A stretch of DNA of 64,000 nt from Marine Group II euryarchaeote MED-G34 (GCA_002457605.1 NTJT01000002.1:10850-74849); one strand, 5' to 3'; positions 17,195 to 26,791 are shown, numbered from the stretch's first letter. The notes: generated from the sequence alone by a model not told the origin. Program-made: numbers and translations.

Positions 17195-19744
17195 CTATCG
17201 CGAACCCTGCCTAATAGCGCGACCAGCCGTTGCGACCACTCCGTCCACCAGTTGAGGACTCCATCCACGTAGATCAGACAATTTCTGCATGTCTCGTTCG
17301 GTCAGAATGGCCACGTCTGCGGCGTTGGAGACGCCCAGCAGGTCAACCATCTGCCTTGCTCTGGATCTACCGACTCCTCGGAGGGCCACTAGGCCTAGGA
17401 GATCTGACTTGCATCCGTACCGCACCCTGCGGTGAATCTCGTCGACTGCCTTCACTAGGGTGCGATGAGCATCCCTGTCCATCGAAGATAACTCCTCGTC
17501 CTCGACCAGAATCCTTCTAGTCGCGTAGAGTAGCCACTCGGCCAACTCGACGCGTCCTCGCAGGTCCCCTGGCTGTACTCCCCAGTCCTTCTCCACCTGC
17601 TCTACACGAATCTCTTCAGTCCACGATTGGAGTACGAGGACACCTTTCATCCGACGCTCCTCGTCAAGATCAACTGCCTCGGCGAGAAACTCCCTCTCAT
17701 GACCATGAAGAGCGGCTTGAATGGCATCGTAGTCACCCTTCCTCGGCCACAGTGGCAGGAAGTCTGGGGTGCAAGAGACCAGATGCAAGAGGCTCAGAGG
17801 AGAGACCTGTCCGTAATCGTCTTCCCCCGTGAGGATGGCCATGGCCCTGCCTAAACCATCGCGTATGATGCGCCCAGATATTGGATTGAGATACAACTGC
17901 GCGACCCTCTCTCCTAGAGGTGTGGCGTTGTAGACCATCGAAGACGACTCAGGAGGGTCGACCTCGTACGAGTCATGCACACTGGCTTTTCGGAAACCAA
18001 AGATAGGGGGGCCGCGACGAGGCTTCTCACCATGCCCCCTATTCGGCTCAGATGCGACATCTAGTCCTGTCACTTTGGAGGCGGAGCCGACCCACGATGG
18101 AAGATCGTCCTCCCAATCTTCAGGTTGCTCGACAGGAGGCTCTTCGAGGATTCTCGCCCGCACCTCGTCAGATTCTCCGAGTCTGTCAATCATCCCGTTT
18201 GATGCGAGCCAACTGACTACGTCGTCTATTCTAGCAGCCAGGGACTCCGAATCTAACTGGGTTGCGAGGAATGTTTTGGAGAAGAATTTCCCAAGGGCGT
18301 CCCTGTCAGCAGTGCCTCCAGTAGCCACCATAGATAGGACATGAGTGAGTAAAGCAGGATCCTCCTCGGCTCTCAAGGCGTTTGGATTGGCGAGTTTTGA
18401 AGTCACTTCCTCGGGTTCACCGTGTAGGTACAGATCGACCAGATGAGACTCCTCGTCGCGACTCTTGGCAAGTAACCACGCCTCACCGACGTCGTCGTAT
18501 TTTGGTCGGCCTGCCCTGCCCATCATTTGCAAGATTTCGAGTACTGGAAGGGGCATTGTCATACCCGCAGCCGCACTCCACCTCCTGTAGTCCCTGACTA
18601 CTACCGTTCGCGCAGGCAGATTGACTCCCTGCGCGAGCGTCGGTGTGGCAACCACGCAGAATAAATCACCGCTTCTAAACGAGTCTTCGACAATATTGCG
18701 GTGTTTACTGGTCAGTCCTGCGTGATGGAAGGCAACACCACCTCTGAGCGAAGATTCGAGCGAGCCCACCATGGCAGAGGAGTCACCGCTCCCGACGAGT
18801 CTGTCGGCGATATCTTCCCACCTCTCGGATATTCCCTTATCGAAGTCATGGCTGCCCTCAATCAGCATCCGCTGGATGTGTTTGGAGAGCTCACGTGCTT
18901 CCTTCTGGGCAGAAGCGCGCGAGGACACGAAGATGAGGAGTTGTCCACCGTTTTGGATAGTGTCTTGCAGGACTGCCTGCAACGGCCGGGTGGTCTTGCC
19001 CTCTAACTCACGTGTCTCAGGCATTACCTCTTCTCCAGACCCATCTACTCGGTGCACTCTAGCATCCAATCCTGTCAATGTGCCGTAGCGTAGAGTGACG
19101 GGGCGCCAGTCAGATACAATCAGTTCGGAGTCAAGCCACTCTGCCATCTCTGTGGCGTTTCCTACAGTGGCGGAAAGTGCGATAATCTGGGCTTCAGGTT
19201 TCCTGTGTCGGATTCGCGATAGCAAGACCTCAAGAGTTGGGCCACGCCCCGGGTCATGCAGCAGATGAAACTCGTCGCTGACGACGATACCGACTCTGTC
19301 CATCATCTCAGTACGAGTCCGTAGGAGCGAATCCAATTTCTCGCTGGTACACACGAGAATATCTGCCTCCTCTATCATCCCGGTTTCCCCTCCTCTATCG
19401 CCGATGGCGAGCCCGACGCGAAGTCCGACTGCAGAGGCAATTTCCCTTAACTCAGCCACCTTCTCATTGGCCAGAGCCTTCAGCGGCACCACATACAGGG
19501 CGCGAGCACCTTCTAGGTCACTGATCAACCGGTGAACAATGGCCAAATAAGCTACCAGAGACTTGCCGCTGGCAGTCGGGATGGTGAGCATCACGTTACG
19601 ACCTGATAGGGCATGCGGCAAAGCCTCTGCCTGAGGAGGAAACAGCTCCTCAATACCCCATTTCTCGCGCAGCATCGACACGATTCTTTTGTCTAGACCG
19701 AGGCCTTCAAGCCCGCGCGAGGGAGGCCCTGTTGATCGGGTCAC
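17195..19744 (-). CDS. hel308: Hel308/Ski2-like ATP-dependent DNA helicase
   Basis: 849 aa. Q motif/motif I PPQAEAL...PTASGKS, motif II DEFH, SAT, HHAGL and motif VI QMMGRAGRP. C-terminal HhH-like domain. GTG start. Confidence 0.93.
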   Translation of the reverse strand: MTRSTGPPSRGLEGLGLDKRIVSMLREKWGIEELFPPQAEALPHALSGRNVMLTIPTASGKSLVAYLAIVHRLISDLEGARALYVVPLKALANEKVAELREIASAVGLRVGLAIGDRGGETGMIEEADILVCTSEKLDSLLRTRTEMMDRVGIVVSDEFHLLHDPGRGPTLEVLLSRIRHRKPEAQIIALSATVGNATEMAEWLDSELIVSDWRPVTLRYGTLTGLDARVHRVDGSGEEVMPETRELEGKTTRPLQAVLQDTIQNGGQLLIFVSSRASAQKEARELSKHIQRMLIEGSHDFDKGISERWEDIADRLVGSGDSSAMVGSLESSLRGGVAFHHAGLTSKHRNIVEDSFRSGDLFCVVATPTLAQGVNLPARTVVVRDYRRWSAAAGMTMPLPVLEILQMMGRAGRPKYDDVGEAWLLAKSRDEESHLVDLYLHGEPEEVTSKLANPNALRAEEDPALLTHVLSMVATGGTADRDALGKFFSKTFLATQLDSESLAARIDDVVSWLASNGMIDRLGESDEVRARILEEPPVEQPEDWEDDLPSWVGSASKVTGLDVASEPNRGHGEKPRRGPPIFGFRKASVHDSYEVDPPESSSMVYNATPLGERVAQLYLNPISGRIIRDGLGRAMAILTGEDDYGQVSPLSLLHLVSCTPDFLPLWPRKGDYDAIQAALHGHEREFLAEAVDLDEERRMKGVLVLQSWTEEIRVEQVEKDWGVQPGDLRGRVELAEWLLYATRRILVEDEELSSMDRDAHRTLVKAVDEIHRRVRYGCKSDLLGLVALRGVGRSRARQMVDLLGVSNAADVAILTERDMQKLSDLRGWSPQLVDGVVATAGRAIRQGSR

Positions 19745-19791
19745 GACACGTCTTCGATTCGGCCGTTCTAAAGGATGCCGAGTAGTGGGGA

Positions 19792-20265
19792 CTAATTCCA
19801 GCGATGGAAGGCGGGATGGCCCTCCTTTACGGCCACAAAGAGCCCCTCTCCATTGGCACAGACCTCGCCATCTGCTCTCAAGGCCATCCTCACCTTCACT
19901 CGCCCCTCTTCGATTTCTTTGATCTCCGAGCTGACTTGTAGAGCAACCCCGTATGGAGTGGGTCTTCTGAGTTTAATCGAGTAAGACGCGGTTACGGTGC
20001 AGGGCGGCTCGGATTCATTGGATTGGTCCATCAGGGCCATCGCTGCTGTCCAGTTGCCGTGGCAGTCCAGAAGTGTCCCGATTATCCCACCATTTATCAT
20101 GCCTGGAAATGCCTGATGTTCAGCCTTGGGAGAGAATTCCATCTCCAACCCGTGCTCACTACGGAATGAGCGGATTTTCAAGCCGTTCTGATTGGCCGGT
20201 CCACAGCCGAAGCAGATACTTTTCGGGGCATGCTCTTCTTGTACTGATGGTCCCCTGTGCCTCAT
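19792..20265 (-). CDS. PaaI-family hotdog-fold thioesterase
   Basis: 157 aa. N-terminal CFGCGPANQNGLKI followed by an INGGIIGTLLD hotdog core. Confidence 0.8.
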   Translation of the reverse strand: MRHRGPSVQEEHAPKSICFGCGPANQNGLKIRSFRSEHGLEMEFSPKAEHQAFPGMINGGIIGTLLDCHGNWTAAMALMDQSNESEPPCTVTASYSIKLRRPTPYGVALQVSSEIKEIEEGRVKVRMALRADGEVCANGEGLFVAVKEGHPAFHRWN

Positions 20266-20283
20266 ACGACTAGCGAAGGCGCA

Positions 20284-20304
20284 CTAGGAATTGAAAATTC
20301 CTAG
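20284..20304. promoter_or_regulatory. Perfect 9-3-9 palindrome CTAGGAATT-GAA-AATTCCTAG in a divergent promoter region
   Basis: Read directly from the sequence. Lies in the 87-bp spacer between the divergent starts at 20265(-) and 20353(+). Confidence 0.5.
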
Positions 20305-20352
20305 AGTCTGGCTGACGCATGCTCTTAATCGAGAGACCTTTTCCGTGAACCG

Positions 20353-21723
20353 GTGACAGACGCGGATTCGAGTTCACAGGATGATGGACCTGCTGAGGCA
20401 GCGGCTCCGAGACCCAAGCGAAGACGGTCGCAACCGTTGAAGGTCGCCAATCAAATTCCACAGAGTCGACGCAAGGAGATAGAGAAAGCCCTCGAAGATA
20501 CTCAAGGCACTCCGAAGAGGTGGTCGAGGAAGAACGGTCCGAAGTATCACAGATTCCTCAAGAAGAGAATAAGTCCAGGCACCGTGAGACAGATTGAATT
20601 TGATTTACTGGATGTTGATATCGGAGAGTCATGGCCAATTCCCATCACCGTGGTCCATGGTGCTAGGCCCGGACCTGTGGTCACCGTGCTCGGGGCCCTT
20701 CATGGAAACGAGCTCGTTGGACCGCTAGCTCTGACCTATCTATGCGGGCCAAATTTCCTCGGTGAGGACAAGGCAATCGACCCCTCTGTTATGGCCGGAA
20801 CGCTTCGAATAGTCCCCGTGGTCAATTTACCTGGATATCGGCGACAGAGTAGGTACATGGCGGATGGCAGAGATTTGAACAGGAGCTTCCCTGGAAAGCC
20901 CGATAGTAACACCACTTCAAGAGTGGCACACCGGTTGTGGCACGAAATTATCTCAGGCAGCGATCATGTAATCGACCTCCATACTGCTGCTGCTGGCCGA
21001 ACTAACATGCCCCAGATTCGCGCTAACTTGGCAGATCGTCTCAGCAATCGGATTGCTAGGTCGTTCGGCATTGAGACGATACTAGACAATGTTGGCCCGA
21101 AGGGCTCTCTGCGCAGGACTGCCAATGATGATGGAATTGGTGCCATAACCTACGAGGGTGGTGGTTCGAACGAGGCTGACCCTGAATCCGTTCAGGTTGC
21201 TATCTATGGGGTGCTCAATGTACTCCGAAGCCTCAAGGTTCTGCCCGGCTATCCGAGCCGACCAAGATTCAGAATACTAGCTTCCGGGTCGGTATGGATT
21301 CGCTCTGATCAAGGCGGCTTACTCGATGTATTGACTCCCGCAGGCAGTTTTGTCGAGGACGGTGAGACGGTTGCCACGGTGACAGACCCAGAGAGGCCTG
21401 GCGAGAGTTACGACATTCTCTCTCCGACCAGAGGCCTACTGATTTCGACCGCTACCCACCCGTTCGTCAACGCTGGCACACCAATTGGCCATCTTCTTCC
21501 GGTTACTCGCGGCATCAAAACTCTGCGCAAGCGACTGGATCCAGAGGGATGCCTAGTCACCAGCGGCTCAGACGGCGAACCTCCTTGGAGAGAGGATGAG
21601 GACGTCGAGGACATCTCCGTAGCAGGGGAATGGTCCGGCGGCTCACCCGACGCGGAATGGGGTCGCAACGAGGAGGATCCAGCAGACGAAGAAGCTGGTG
21701 AGGCCGATCCAAACTGGGCTTAG
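20353..21723 (+). CDS. Succinylglutamate desuccinylase/aspartoacylase (AstE/AspA, M14-like) family protein
   Basis: 456 aa. Core VHGARPGPVVTVLGALHGNELVG...NLPG...DLNRSFPG...IDLHTA. About 80 aa of basic N-terminal extension and an acidic C-terminal tail. Confidence 0.8.
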   Translation: MTDADSSSQDDGPAEAAAPRPKRRRSQPLKVANQIPQSRRKEIEKALEDTQGTPKRWSRKNGPKYHRFLKKRISPGTVRQIEFDLLDVDIGESWPIPITVVHGARPGPVVTVLGALHGNELVGPLALTYLCGPNFLGEDKAIDPSVMAGTLRIVPVVNLPGYRRQSRYMADGRDLNRSFPGKPDSNTTSRVAHRLWHEIISGSDHVIDLHTAAAGRTNMPQIRANLADRLSNRIARSFGIETILDNVGPKGSLRRTANDDGIGAITYEGGGSNEADPESVQVAIYGVLNVLRSLKVLPGYPSRPRFRILASGSVWIRSDQGGLLDVLTPAGSFVEDGETVATVTDPERPGESYDILSPTRGLLISTATHPFVNAGTPIGHLLPVTRGIKTLRKRLDPEGCLVTSGSDGEPPWREDEDVEDISVAGEWSGGSPDAEWGRNEEDPADEEAGEADPNWA

Positions 21724-24700
21724 TCAGTCCAGTTTAGGGGCTCGAGGGATCTCGTCCTCGTCTTCAAATACCGGTACGGATGGCAGTTCAACAGGAGTAT
21801 TCTGCTGCCCCATGAGCGCATTCAAATCAGGTGCCGAGGGTAGATCGTAGTCCTGAAACTCTGACGAGAGTGCGAACTTATCTGGCTTCAGATTATACGC
21901 ATTGTAAGCGTCTTTGAGTTTGCGCTTGTGTGACAGTCTTCCCACTGCATAGACGCAGCCACCTATCAGGGACAGTAGCACCACGAGGGTCGCAGCGAGT
22001 CCGGTAGGAGAAGTGACGTAGGAGAGTAACTTCTCTGAGAGTGTCTCCGGCGGTATCCATACATCCATGTCTATGTCCCAGATGAAGACAGTAGTCTGAC
22101 CCGAGTCGACTAGGGTAGCAGTAATCTGCTGTGGTCCGCTACCTTGGTCGCACAGGTAGATGGTTAGGGTAGTGTCCCCGGCCTCGCAGTCGATAGACTC
22201 GATGACGACCCCCCTTCCGTCGAAGCTGACATTTTCTGTCAATGTGTAATCACCAAACTGCCATGACAGCGAGACGACGACATTTTCTGGTATTGAACCT
22301 ATGTTGAGAACAAGACTCTCATTGACCGCGTCCCACAAGTGTACTTGTCGGAAGTCAGGGATAGTTGTGACCAAGTTCTTCCTACTCAGTCCATCATCGA
22401 CTGCATCGTTGCAGTCGTCATCTCGGCCGTTCCAAGTCTCGACTCCTGCGGGGTTGATGGTGCCGACAAGGTCATCACAGTCCTCAAAATCGTAGAATCC
22501 ATCCTCGTCGCGATCGAAGTTGAATTGCTTGGGGTCTGAACCACTGACCATCACCTCGTGACCGTCCGACATCCCATCTGCGTCACTGTCCGCCAGTTCT
22601 GGGTTAGTGGTAAAGTTGTGAAACTCGTCAAAGTCAGTTAATCCGTCGTCGTCGCTATCGAGTTCGAAGAAGTCCTCGTCAACGACTTCATCGCAATCGT
22701 TGTCCTTGCCATCAAGGACCTCGGGCTTGAGTGGCGCTCTATCGAAGTCATCATCCTCACAGTCTTGGAACCAGTACCAGCCGTCGGAATCAGCATCATC
22801 GTCGTGGACCAGTGGATCAGCCCCCATCGAAGAGTACTCGTTGTACTCTAGTCCGTCGGGTAGACCGTCGTCGTCAGTGTCTCCATCAAGGTGGTCGGTG
22901 GTGATATTGTGATACTCGTCGTAGTCGGTCAACCCATCATTGTCTGTATCGCGGTCCCAGTAATCCTCGTCGATTAGGAAGTCGCAGTCGTTGTCGAAGT
23001 CATCGAGCAGTTCGACGTGACCTGGGGATCGATCACCATCTTCGTCGTCACAGTCCTCAAACCAGTACCACAAGTCTGAATCTGAGTCGGGGTCATACAC
23101 CAACGGGTCTGAGCCAAGGGCGGCGTAGGTGTTTACCTCTTCACCGTCATCTAATCCATCGTCGTCGGTGTCGGAGTCCATGTAGTCAGTGCCGTGGACG
23201 TGGTACTCGTTCCAGTCCTTGAGTCCGTCGTTATCTCTGTCAGTGAAGTTGTAACCCTCATCGACAAAGCCGTCGCAGTTGTCATCGATATCGTTCAGTA
23301 GCTCCGGCCGGCCTGGATTGACATTTGGGTCTGCATCATTACAGTCATTGAAGTGATAAAATAAATCGGAGTCGGCATCAGGATCATACCAAAGAGGATC
23401 GCTCTGCCAGAAGTTAATTTCAGCACCATCGCTCAGCCCGTCATCATCAGTGTCGGAATCGAGAGGGTCGGTACCAGTGGTAGTTACTTCAGACCAGTCG
23501 CTTAGCCCGTCAAGGTCGGTATCAATAGCCAATGGGTCTGTTCCATGTACCATCACTTCATCGAAGTCACTTAATCCATCATCGTCAGTGTCGGAGTCAT
23601 AGGGGTCAGTACCGTATACCAACGTCTCATTCTCGTCGCTCAGTCCGTCGTCATCGTGGTCGTAGTCTATGTCTACTCCGTGCAATAATAACTCCCATGA
23701 ATTTAGTGTGCCGGTTGCGCCTGGAGATGTGTCACGTACCTTCAGTGTCCAATTTCCCAATGAAGACTCATCCCAGTGTCTTACAGTGCTAAACATCCAG
23801 TTAGAGTAGTGGTTTCCATTGTCGTTGCGTGACTCAGCCAACCAAGACTCAGTTCCGGAAGGGGAGACTAGTACGATATCGAGATCTCCTCTCGTAGTGT
23901 GAGTTATGTCGACCGCCACATCTACACTCTCTAGTGAGTAATCTTCTGGAACCATAGTCGTAAATTCGGTCCAATCAGGTGTATCGTCAGGAATGTCTGT
24001 TGAAGGAGTATAGGGCCCGTAGGTGGAATTCAACTCATCTCCTACGTTAATCCAGTTTTCAGCTACAGAGACGGCGGCGCCGGCATCGACCACTCCGAAA
24101 CCGTACTTATGCGATACGTCATGCCCGGCGCCATTTACGTCCCACGACCAGTCACTGGCATCATTCATACGCGCACTGTTGACTAGAACGTGTTGCACAT
24201 CTCTCCAAGTTAGATTTTCGTTTGCGTCGAGTATCAGCGCAATGACCCCAGCAGCCAACGGGGTGGCGCTAGAAGTGCCGCCGAAGGTATGAGTCACGTT
24301 GCCGCTGCTGTTGTATCCGCCTGTGCCGGAGATATCGGTCGTGGTGATGCCTTCGCCGTCACCATTGGAGTGCGCTGCGACGAGTATGTTCGCCCCCGGC
24401 TCGGCGTAGTAAGATTGGTCACCGTCGTGGTCAATTGCGGTGACGGCGATGGTGAAGCGACTGTTGGCGTAACCGTCGTAGTTTGAGTTATCGTCCGACC
24501 CAAGGCCGTTGCCTGCAGCCCATGTGATTAGGTTACCCAATCCCTCTCGTCCGTTGTAGGCATCACTTTCGAAGGCCGCCAGAGTTAGCGGTCCAGGCGC
24601 CTCGAGAGTCTGACCATCATCAGCAGGGCCCCAAGAATTGGTGTAGATGTCGATATCGTCACTCTCGTAACTCAGCGCATCAGCTTCGGTCGCATCACCA

Positions 24701-25509
24701 GCCCAGCACGCAATCAACGTCGATCCCGCAATGGTCGCGTTGAATGCGACTCCGGTTACGTCCAGTGCGTTGTTTCCGACTGCAGCGGCCACTCCAGCCA
24801 CGGCCGTACCGTGACCGTTCCAGCTGGAAGGACTGGGGTCACCATCATCATCACACCAGTCATACGAGAGTAGCGATGAGTAGTGAGGACTGAGGTCGCT
24901 GTGGGCATGATCGAGCCCGTCATCGACCACACTGATTACTACTCCAGATCCGGTGTAGGTGTCCCAAGTGCTGGTGACGTTGACATCCTCTCCCGATAAG
25001 CCGTTGGTCTGGCCGGTGTTCTCAAGGTGCCACTGCGCTGAGAACTCTGTGTCGTTCGGTGAGAGTCGCGGCTCCTGCTTCTTATCCAGCAGTGGTGAGA
25101 ATGATTCAATTTCGCCCGCTTCAAGAGACTGCTGGAGCAGAACCATCGACTTGAGTGGGTAGTCGAAAATCCAGATGTAAGCTCCCCGGAGAATCGGAGC
25201 CGGTTCGCTCGATTCAGGCGCTGCCTTAGTCAATTGGTGCTTTTCAATGGGAACTCTTGTGACGACAAGCCACTCGTGCACTTCTTCGAGATCATCCTCT
25301 GAGTAGACACTCATGTCCCCGACCCTTTCAAAGGCCAATTGCACGGCCCGTGAGTATGTCGGCAGTATCTCGTCGCCCTCTATTCCAAGGCCTACTGGCT
25401 GCTCCGCACTACCAGTAATTACGCCCCCGAAGGGGGCGAATAAGAGGATGATGAGTACCGCCAGCGCCGTGCGCATGACCGAACTCGAACGCATTCGACA
25501 TTTAGCCAT
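21724..25509 (-). CDS. Kexin/furin-like subtilase (S8B) with P-domain, Ca-binding repeat array and C-terminal TM anchor
   Basis: Catalytic triad contexts VVDDG, NGHGTAVAG and GGTSSATPLAAG. Furin-like blocks NLTWRDVQHVLV, VSHKYGFGVVDAGAAV, and P-domain RGDLDIVLVSPSGT...GNWTLKVRD...LNSWELLLHG. TM LAATLVVLLSLIGGCVYAV. ATG 25509 chosen (MAKCRMRSSSVMRTALAVLIILLF signal); the longer ORF to 25578 overlaps the upstream gene. Confidence 0.92.
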   Translation of the reverse strand: MAKCRMRSSSVMRTALAVLIILLFAPFGGVITGSAEQPVGLGIEGDEILPTYSRAVQLAFERVGDMSVYSEDDLEEVHEWLVVTRVPIEKHQLTKAAPESSEPAPILRGAYIWIFDYPLKSMVLLQQSLEAGEIESFSPLLDKKQEPRLSPNDTEFSAQWHLENTGQTNGLSGEDVNVTSTWDTYTGSGVVISVVDDGLDHAHSDLSPHYSSLLSYDWCDDDGDPSPSSWNGHGTAVAGVAAAVGNNALDVTGVAFNATIAGSTLIACWAGDATEADALSYESDDIDIYTNSWGPADDGQTLEAPGPLTLAAFESDAYNGREGLGNLITWAAGNGLGSDDNSNYDGYANSRFTIAVTAIDHDGDQSYYAEPGANILVAAHSNGDGEGITTTDISGTGGYNSSGNVTHTFGGTSSATPLAAGVIALILDANENLTWRDVQHVLVNSARMNDASDWSWDVNGAGHDVSHKYGFGVVDAGAAVSVAENWINVGDELNSTYGPYTPSTDIPDDTPDWTEFTTMVPEDYSLESVDVAVDITHTTRGDLDIVLVSPSGTESWLAESRNDNGNHYSNWMFSTVRHWDESSLGNWTLKVRDTSPGATGTLNSWELLLHGVDIDYDHDDDGLSDENETLVYGTDPYDSDTDDDGLSDFDEVMVHGTDPLAIDTDLDGLSDWSEVTTTGTDPLDSDTDDDGLSDGAEINFWQSDPLWYDPDADSDLFYHFNDCNDADPNVNPGRPELLNDIDDNCDGFVDEGYNFTDRDNDGLKDWNEYHVHGTDYMDSDTDDDGLDDGEEVNTYAALGSDPLVYDPDSDSDLWYWFEDCDDEDGDRSPGHVELLDDFDNDCDFLIDEDYWDRDTDNDGLTDYDEYHNITTDHLDGDTDDDGLPDGLEYNEYSSMGADPLVHDDDADSDGWYWFQDCEDDDFDRAPLKPEVLDGKDNDCDEVVDEDFFELDSDDDGLTDFDEFHNFTTNPELADSDADGMSDGHEVMVSGSDPKQFNFDRDEDGFYDFEDCDDLVGTINPAGVETWNGRDDDCNDAVDDGLSRKNLVTTIPDFRQVHLWDAVNESLVLNIGSIPENVVVSLSWQFGDYTLTENVSFDGRGVVIESIDCEAGDTTLTIYLCDQGSGPQQITATLVDSGQTTVFIWDIDMDVWIPPETLSEKLLSYVTSPTGLAATLVVLLSLIGGCVYAVGRLSHKRKLKDAYNAYNLKPDKFALSSEFQDYDLPSAPDLNALMGQQNTPVELPSVPVFEDEDEIPRAPKLD
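22390..23670 (-). repeat. Coding repeat array: thrombospondin-type-3-like DxDxDGxxDxxE repeats alternating with four Cys-containing DCxD...P...E...DNDCD motifs
   Basis: Protein aa about 637-1063 of the subtilase. Examples: DSDTDDDGLSDFDEV, DTDLDGLSDWSEV, DRDNDGLKDWNEY. The four Cys motifs are FNDCNDADPNVNPGRPELLNDIDDNCDGFVDEG, FEDCDDEDGDRSPGHVELLDDFDNDCDFLIDED, FQDCEDDDFDRAPLKPEVLDGKDNDCDEVVDED and FEDCDDLVGTINPAGVETWNGRDDDCNDAVDDG. Confidence 0.85.
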
Positions 25510-25540
25510 TCGTCTGTAGCGTGAAGCACCTGCTTCACGA

Positions 25541-26791
25541 CTAAGGGAACCCCGAGATGACTGCATGAACCTCTTCATCAGTCATCATTCTACGCTGTCC
25601 CTTGGCCACCTCAAACAAGTTTGATACCAGTTCGTCAGTCGCTACGTAGCCGTTCTGCTGTAGCCACCAGATTATGTTGGAGCGACCACTCATGTGACCT
25701 ATTCGGATTACCTGCTGCAACCCATAGTCTGCAGCAGGTACCCCAGAGTAAACGCGGTCTGCGAGCCAGTGGTCGCCCTTCTTCATCGCCTTGACCACTG
25801 CGGATGCGTGCACACCTGTCCCGGTCTCGAAGGCATCCTCACCGAATACAGGGTAGTTGCGAGGTAGAGCAACTTCGACGTATTCGTGCGCCTTACGCAT
25901 GTAATTGTTTAGGGCAGTCAGATCATTGCTGATTACACCCATAAGACTGAGATTTACAAGCGTCTGATCGAGAGGGGCGTTTCCGGCCCTCTCGCCCACT
26001 CCGAGGGCAGTGCCGTGGATGACATCGGCCCCAGCCTCATAGGCAGCGAGATTGTTAGCAACTCCAAGTCCACGGTCCTGATGCCCGTGCCAGTTGACCT
26101 CGATGTCACGTCGCTTCACCCCTGCATCGGGTATCACTTCGTCCTGAATGAAAGAGAGCAACTTGTGAACTCCGTTGGGAGTAACGTGCCCGCATGTGTC
26201 GCACACGCAGATTCGATCAGCACCGAGCTCCAGTGCCCTAGTGTATACGGCCTTGATCTCCTCTGGTTTACTGCGCGTGGTGTCCTCGGTGACAAACATC
26301 ACTGGGATGTCGTTGTCAATGGCGAATGATACAGCCTTCTCGGCCGTTGAGATAATCTTCTCCATCGTCCAGTCCTCAGCATACTGGCGAATTGGACTAG
26401 TTCCTAGGAAGGCGCTAGCCTGTATCTGCCGCTCGTGCTTTGCCTGCAGATCTACCAGCGGTTCGATATCACTCACCACCGTGCGAACAGCGCATCCAGG
26501 GCGCAGCGCGTAGTCGTTCTCGCCCATGTGAGTGAGCATTGCGTCGATGTGACCGACGTGGAATGGACCAGCACCAGGAAGCCCGAGATCCGCTTTCTGG
26601 ATTCCGAGAGTTTCCATGAAGTCAATCAGCTCAATCTTCTGTTCGATGGTCGGGTTGCGAGCACTCGGGCTCTGCAGGCCATCACGCAAGGTCTCATCGT
26701 CGAACCACAATTCATGCGGATGGTTCGACTCATTGCGCTCAATCTTGTAATCTATCTTGTTCCAATCGTAAATCAGGTCCTGCTCATCCAT
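25541..26791 (-). CDS. DRE-TIM metallolyase (HMGL-like; 2-isopropylmalate/homocitrate/citramalate synthase family)
   Basis: 416 aa. DETLRDGLQSP substrate/metal motif and WHGHQDRGLGVANNLAAYEAGADVIHGTALGVGERAGNAPL block. No LeuA regulatory domain visible. Confidence 0.8.
   Translation of the reverse strand: MDEQDLIYDWNKIDYKIERNESNHPHELWFDDETLRDGLQSPSARNPTIEQKIELIDFMETLGIQKADLGLPGAGPFHVGHIDAMLTHMGENDYALRPGCAVRTVVSDIEPLVDLQAKHERQIQASAFLGTSPIRQYAEDWTMEKIISTAEKAVSFAIDNDIPVMFVTEDTTRSKPEEIKAVYTRALELGADRICVCDTCGHVTPNGVHKLLSFIQDEVIPDAGVKRRDIEVNWHGHQDRGLGVANNLAAYEAGADVIHGTALGVGERAGNAPLDQTLVNLSLMGVISNDLTALNNYMRKAHEYVEVALPRNYPVFGEDAFETGTGVHASAVVKAMKKGDHWLADRVYSGVPAADYGLQQVIRIGHMSGRSNIIWWLQQNGYVATDELVSNLFEVAKGQRRMMTDEEVHAVISGFP

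Noticed and set aside
25510-25578. N-terminal extension of the subtilase ORF (MKRFMQSSRGSLSREAGASRYRR)
   Set aside because: It overlaps the 3' end of the upstream synthase gene by 38 nt and lacks signal-peptide character. ATG 25509 gives a proper n-region plus hydrophobic signal and a 31-nt intergenic gap.
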